Source: Vulcanimicrobiota bacterium
GTDB lineage: Bacteria > Vulcanimicrobiota > Vulcanimicrobiia > Vulcanimicrobiales > Vulcanimicrobiaceae
Reading direction: 5' to 3'
Length of the DNA stretch: 64,000 bases
NCBI GenBank assembly: GCA_963695225.1
Contig: OY968762.1
Coordinates: forward strand, 128,001 to 192,000
The notes under the pieces were generated by a model. The model saw nothing but the letters and a program-made list of their open reading frames with translations, searched no databases and was not told where the DNA came from. A program made the position numbers and the translations under genes. Positions 60,891 to 64,000 of the stretch are shown piece by piece. How positions within the stretch are numbered: position 1 is the first letter of the stretch; every line of letters starts with the position of its first letter.

Positions 60891-61442
60891 TTATGGCGAG
60901 CGTTTACACGTGCTCTTGACGTCGACCGTCTTGCCGACCTTCGTTCTGAAGCTGTATTCCGTTGTCATGACGTCGCCGTTGAGCGCCACCTTCTGGTCGG
61001 TAAAGGAGGCGGCGTCCCCTTGCGGTTTCTGAAGCGCGGCGTCGTGCCAGATCCAAGTGTTGCCGTGCGGACCGGCCGACGTTGTCATGTCGTAGCTTCC
61101 CTCGTCGTCGATGTAGATGTCGACCCAGCGCTTTTGAGACGCGTCGTAGGTGTAGTACTCCGTCGACGTGACCTTGTGCGGGTACCAGGCGGAAGGCTCG
61201 CTGATCCCCTTATTGACGATCCAGCTGCCCGAGGGATCGAGCGAGAACGTGTAGGTGCTCGCGACGGCGGCCGGGCGGCGCGAGCTCTTCGTCGAGCAAG
61301 ACCAGGAGCCGATGAGACCTTTCATGGCAGTCAGGTCGGGCTTCGGCGGAGCGGGGATCGGCGACGCCGTCGACTGGGCGGCGACCGGTGCGGCGCTCGC
61401 CATGGCGCATAGGAGTCCGGCAAGGGGAAGGAGATTTCTCAA
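60891..61442 (-). CDS. secreted hypothetical protein (beta-rich)
   Basis: GGAGG RBS before TTG 61442; signal peptide; LIGSWSC. Confidence 0.75.
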   Translation of the reverse strand: MRNLLPLAGLLCAMASAAPVAAQSTASPIPAPPKPDLTAMKGLIGSWSCSTKSSRRPAAVASTYTFSLDPSGSWIVNKGISEPSAWYPHKVTSTEYYTYDASQKRWVDIYIDDEGSYDMTTSAGPHGNTWIWHDAALQKPQGDAASFTDQKVALNGDVMTTEYSFRTKVGKTVDVKSTCKRSP

Positions 61443-61880
61443 TGCTGATTCCTCCAATAGACGCGCGTGGGGGAGCGCTCGATTCGGTCCGGACGTGGAA
61501 AGGCCTCGCAACGGGCTTTTTCCGCAACGGACGGGTCCGCGGCTTGCGCGCTGCGAGTTCGGGGCCGCTGACGATGCCGCCGGCACCTCTCGCACTGCTA
61601 GAGGCTCCCTGTCCTACATCGTTGCTAGCTCCGCTTGAGAGCATCAAGCGGGTGACCGGGCAGCGGTCAAGCGCGATCGTGCTGGATTACGTCGCGGCGG
61701 CAACGCTCGACGACGATCCGCCGCCGTTGGAAATCGCGGCTGATCACTCCGAAGCGCAATCGCGAAGCGTCATTGCCTCGCCGCGTAGAGAGCTGACGCG
61801 CCGCGTGAGGATCGATATGTCCGACGCTCTCGCGCCGTTATGGCCTCGGCGAAGACGGTGAAATACTGTATAATCACTAG

Positions 61881-62882
61881 ATGACGTGTATCATTTGCCG
61901 TAGTGAAAAGCAGCCTAGCCCCGAGCACGTCATCCCGCGCGCCCTCGGCGGTTCGTTCGTGATTTACCGAGTTTGCCACCAGTGCAATAGCAAGCTCGGA
62001 GCTCGCGCGGTTGATCAGGGGCTCATCGAACATGCCTCAGCGGTCGAGCGCCGCATCGCCTTACAGCTCGCCGGTAACAGCGGCAAAGTTCCGGATCCCG
62101 TCGCGGAGGCGATACGCAGGCCCATCCCAACCGGCATCCCCAACGTTAACGTCCGTCTCGCGCGCAAGGGCGGGGCCTACCACGTGCATGTCGAGCGGCA
62201 TACGAAAGTAACCTTAACGGAACACCCCGATGGTACGACCCGGCTTGACCTCAACTTCATAGTTGACGGCGCGGACGAAAAGGACGCCGAGATGTACCTC
62301 AAGAGCGCGCTCCGGAAAGAGGGCATCCACGATGACGGCCTCCTCGACGAGATCTGCGCGACGGTGCTACCGCAGTTGGAGCTGCGCGCCGGCCCGACGA
62401 CCATCGGTGTCCCGGTCAGAAAGAACGAGGGCGGCCATCATCTCGGGTTGACGAAAATTGCCTACGAGATGGCGCATCACTGGCTCGGGGACGCTTGGCT
62501 CGACGATCCTGTCGCCCATACCATGCGGAGCGCCCTGCTCGGCCACAAGAGCGCCGGTGGGATGTTCAAGATCGGAGACGGCACCACCATCGAGCGGCCA
62601 AGGGTGACCAGCGACCCGACAGTACGGTTCGAGGAACTCCCGCTGGGCTACGATCCCGTCCGCACGAGTTTAATGGCGCTCTACCCGATTGAAAACAGCT
62701 TGTTCGTCTGCGTTTGGTTGCTCGACGCGTTTTCGGCGATGTTTCTTGTCACGGAGAATGCCGCGGCTTACCCGCAGCCTGAGTATGACGCTGTTGGGAT
62801 GGACGTGCTGGTTCGGCGGTTCGAGGAGTTCCGGAGCGTGATGCCTTCTTCTGCCCGCACAGGCCTAAGGCAACCCTTTTAG
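61881..62882 (+). CDS. HNH endonuclease (N-terminal zinc-binding HNH_5-like domain)
   Basis: CIIC...EHVIPRALGG...VCHQCNSKLG; KIAYE. Confidence 0.88.
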   Translation: MTCIICRSEKQPSPEHVIPRALGGSFVIYRVCHQCNSKLGARAVDQGLIEHASAVERRIALQLAGNSGKVPDPVAEAIRRPIPTGIPNVNVRLARKGGAYHVHVERHTKVTLTEHPDGTTRLDLNFIVDGADEKDAEMYLKSALRKEGIHDDGLLDEICATVLPQLELRAGPTTIGVPVRKNEGGHHLGLTKIAYEMAHHWLGDAWLDDPVAHTMRSALLGHKSAGGMFKIGDGTTIERPRVTSDPTVRFEELPLGYDPVRTSLMALYPIENSLFVCVWLLDAFSAMFLVTENAAAYPQPEYDAVGMDVLVRRFEEFRSVMPSSARTGLRQPF

Positions 62883-63068
62883 AGCGCGACGAAAGGGTAG
62901 TAAGAGGGCATGCTCTGCGGGCGTTTTTTCGGCATCGATCGCTTCGCCTCTCAGTCCAAAACGGGGGCGCCCCATGTTGTTATGTGATGTGCAAGAGGTC
63001 CCGTTCTGAACGCGGATAACGGGGGTGACACTACTAGCAGCCCGATGCTCCGGCGCGAGAGGGGTTGA

Positions 63069-63581
63069 ATGCTTAGGCTTAGATCGTTCTTCACATTCCT
63101 TGGGCTTGTCTTCGCGCTCTGCATAACACGGGCTGACGCCCAAACTGCGCTGAGCAGATCAGACGGAAACCCTTGTCATGAGATCTCGTTCTCCAAAGGA
63201 ATTGTCGCGGAATCTCTTGATAACGCCATTGCGCTAGAAGACCTCGGCTTCTTGCAGCTTGGGTGCGGAATTGCCACGGAAAAGCTGAGAACTGCCCGTG
63301 CGAGCGCCGCCGCGTGCGACTTAGAGATCGCCGCTGGTGATTCATTTGCGAACGCCGCAGCTTTGCGGCTCTCGGGAGGGCCAGTCGTGTCAGGAGAACA
63401 CCAGACGTCGGAGCAATTGCGCGAAAGCAATGCGGTAGAAGAATGGAGCCATGCGATTGCTGCGTACTTTCGGGCGACGAGTTCATGCGGCTACGGGTCC
63501 GACAAGACGTCCCTTGCCGCACAAAAGGAAAGAAATGCTATCGAGCGACGACTCGAAGGAGTCTATCGTATGGTAAGGTGA
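63069..63581 (+). CDS. hypothetical secreted protein
   Basis: GAGGGG RBS; signal peptide; lower GC. Confidence 0.55.
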   Translation: MLRLRSFFTFLGLVFALCITRADAQTALSRSDGNPCHEISFSKGIVAESLDNAIALEDLGFLQLGCGIATEKLRTARASAAACDLEIAAGDSFANAAALRLSGGPVVSGEHQTSEQLRESNAVEEWSHAIAAYFRATSSCGYGSDKTSLAAQKERNAIERRLEGVYRMVR

Positions 63582-63675
63582 TACTGTGGAGAGCGAGGCT
63601 TTTGTGCGAGTCTATGAGGCGTTACCTAAGCGCCTCTGGATCGAAGCAACGTTCTGGGCTGCGGCGTAGCGCAGT

Positions 63676-64000
63676 TTAGCCTGTGCCTGGCGGCCTAAAC
63701 GTCGTCCACTCGCTCCAATCGCAGCCGACGCCACGAACCCGCACCTTCACAATGCAATCGTGCCAACAGGTGCCAGCGGGAATGCTGTATACCGTTGAAG
63801 CGATGGTACCGCGCGCTAAATCCAGGCCACCGATTTGTTCAAGAGCCTTGATTTGCGGCACCGGTTCCTGGTCAATGTTCACGACGGTCCCGAGTAAGCT
63901 TTCATTCGGCCTCCCTGGAAACTCGGTGCCACTAATTTGCAGAATCGTTTCCCAACCGTCGAGGCGCACCGCCTTTTGACCAGCGTTCCGTATATCTACG
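63676..64000 (-). CDS. C-terminal part of a hypothetical protein (runs off the right edge)
   Basis: Open frame ending ...KVRVRGVGCDWSEWTTF, similar to an Fn3 terminus. Confidence 0.4.
   Translation of the reverse strand, partial: VDIRNAGQKAVRLDGWETILQISGTEFPGRPNESLLGTVVNIDQEPVPQIKALEQIGGLDLARGTIASTVYSIPAGTCWHDCIVKVRVRGVGCDWSEWTTFRPPGTG

Noticed and set aside
61864..61881. LexA SOS box before the HNH gene
   Set aside because: The CTGT half-site lacks the matching ACAG at the right spacing; better explained as a -10 element.

Overview
High-GC bacterial chromosomal segment with densely coupled genes. Its Terrabacteria/Firmicute-like gene order and sigH make Eremiobacterota/Vulcanimicrobiota a plausible source, but this is an inference. 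Left to right it holds: a pentose-phosphate operon (tkt, tal-pgi fusion, gnd, partial zwf), marC, dapD plus an aminotransferase, and a full C-P lyase operon (phnDCE-F-GHIJKLM). That operon lacks phnN/phnP and instead ends in a PhnZ-like HD oxygenase and a PhnO-like GNAT fused to an inositol-monophosphatase domain. Next come gabD, a stand-alone formimidoyltransferase, radA, and a long housekeeping block: cmk-plsC-ispH-prenyl synthase-double GT-C-yebC-PASTA-rpe-thiL, rpmB, then fakA-plsX-fakB-hemW-PIN/TRAM-ispDF-[GluRS anticodon domain only]-cysE-cysS-rlmB-sigH. These are followed by tRNA Thr-Tyr-Gly-Thr, glnA, malate synthase, a GT87-like protein, an S53 protease, tRNA-Arg, a large membrane hydrolase fusion, and a lower-GC right end with an HNH nuclease. 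The most notable observations are two diverged copies of a ~160-nt multi-stem element with covarying 33-bp stems, the atypical phn operon tail, domain-reduced relics at gltX and prkC positions, and apparent CTG starts in CTGA overlaps.
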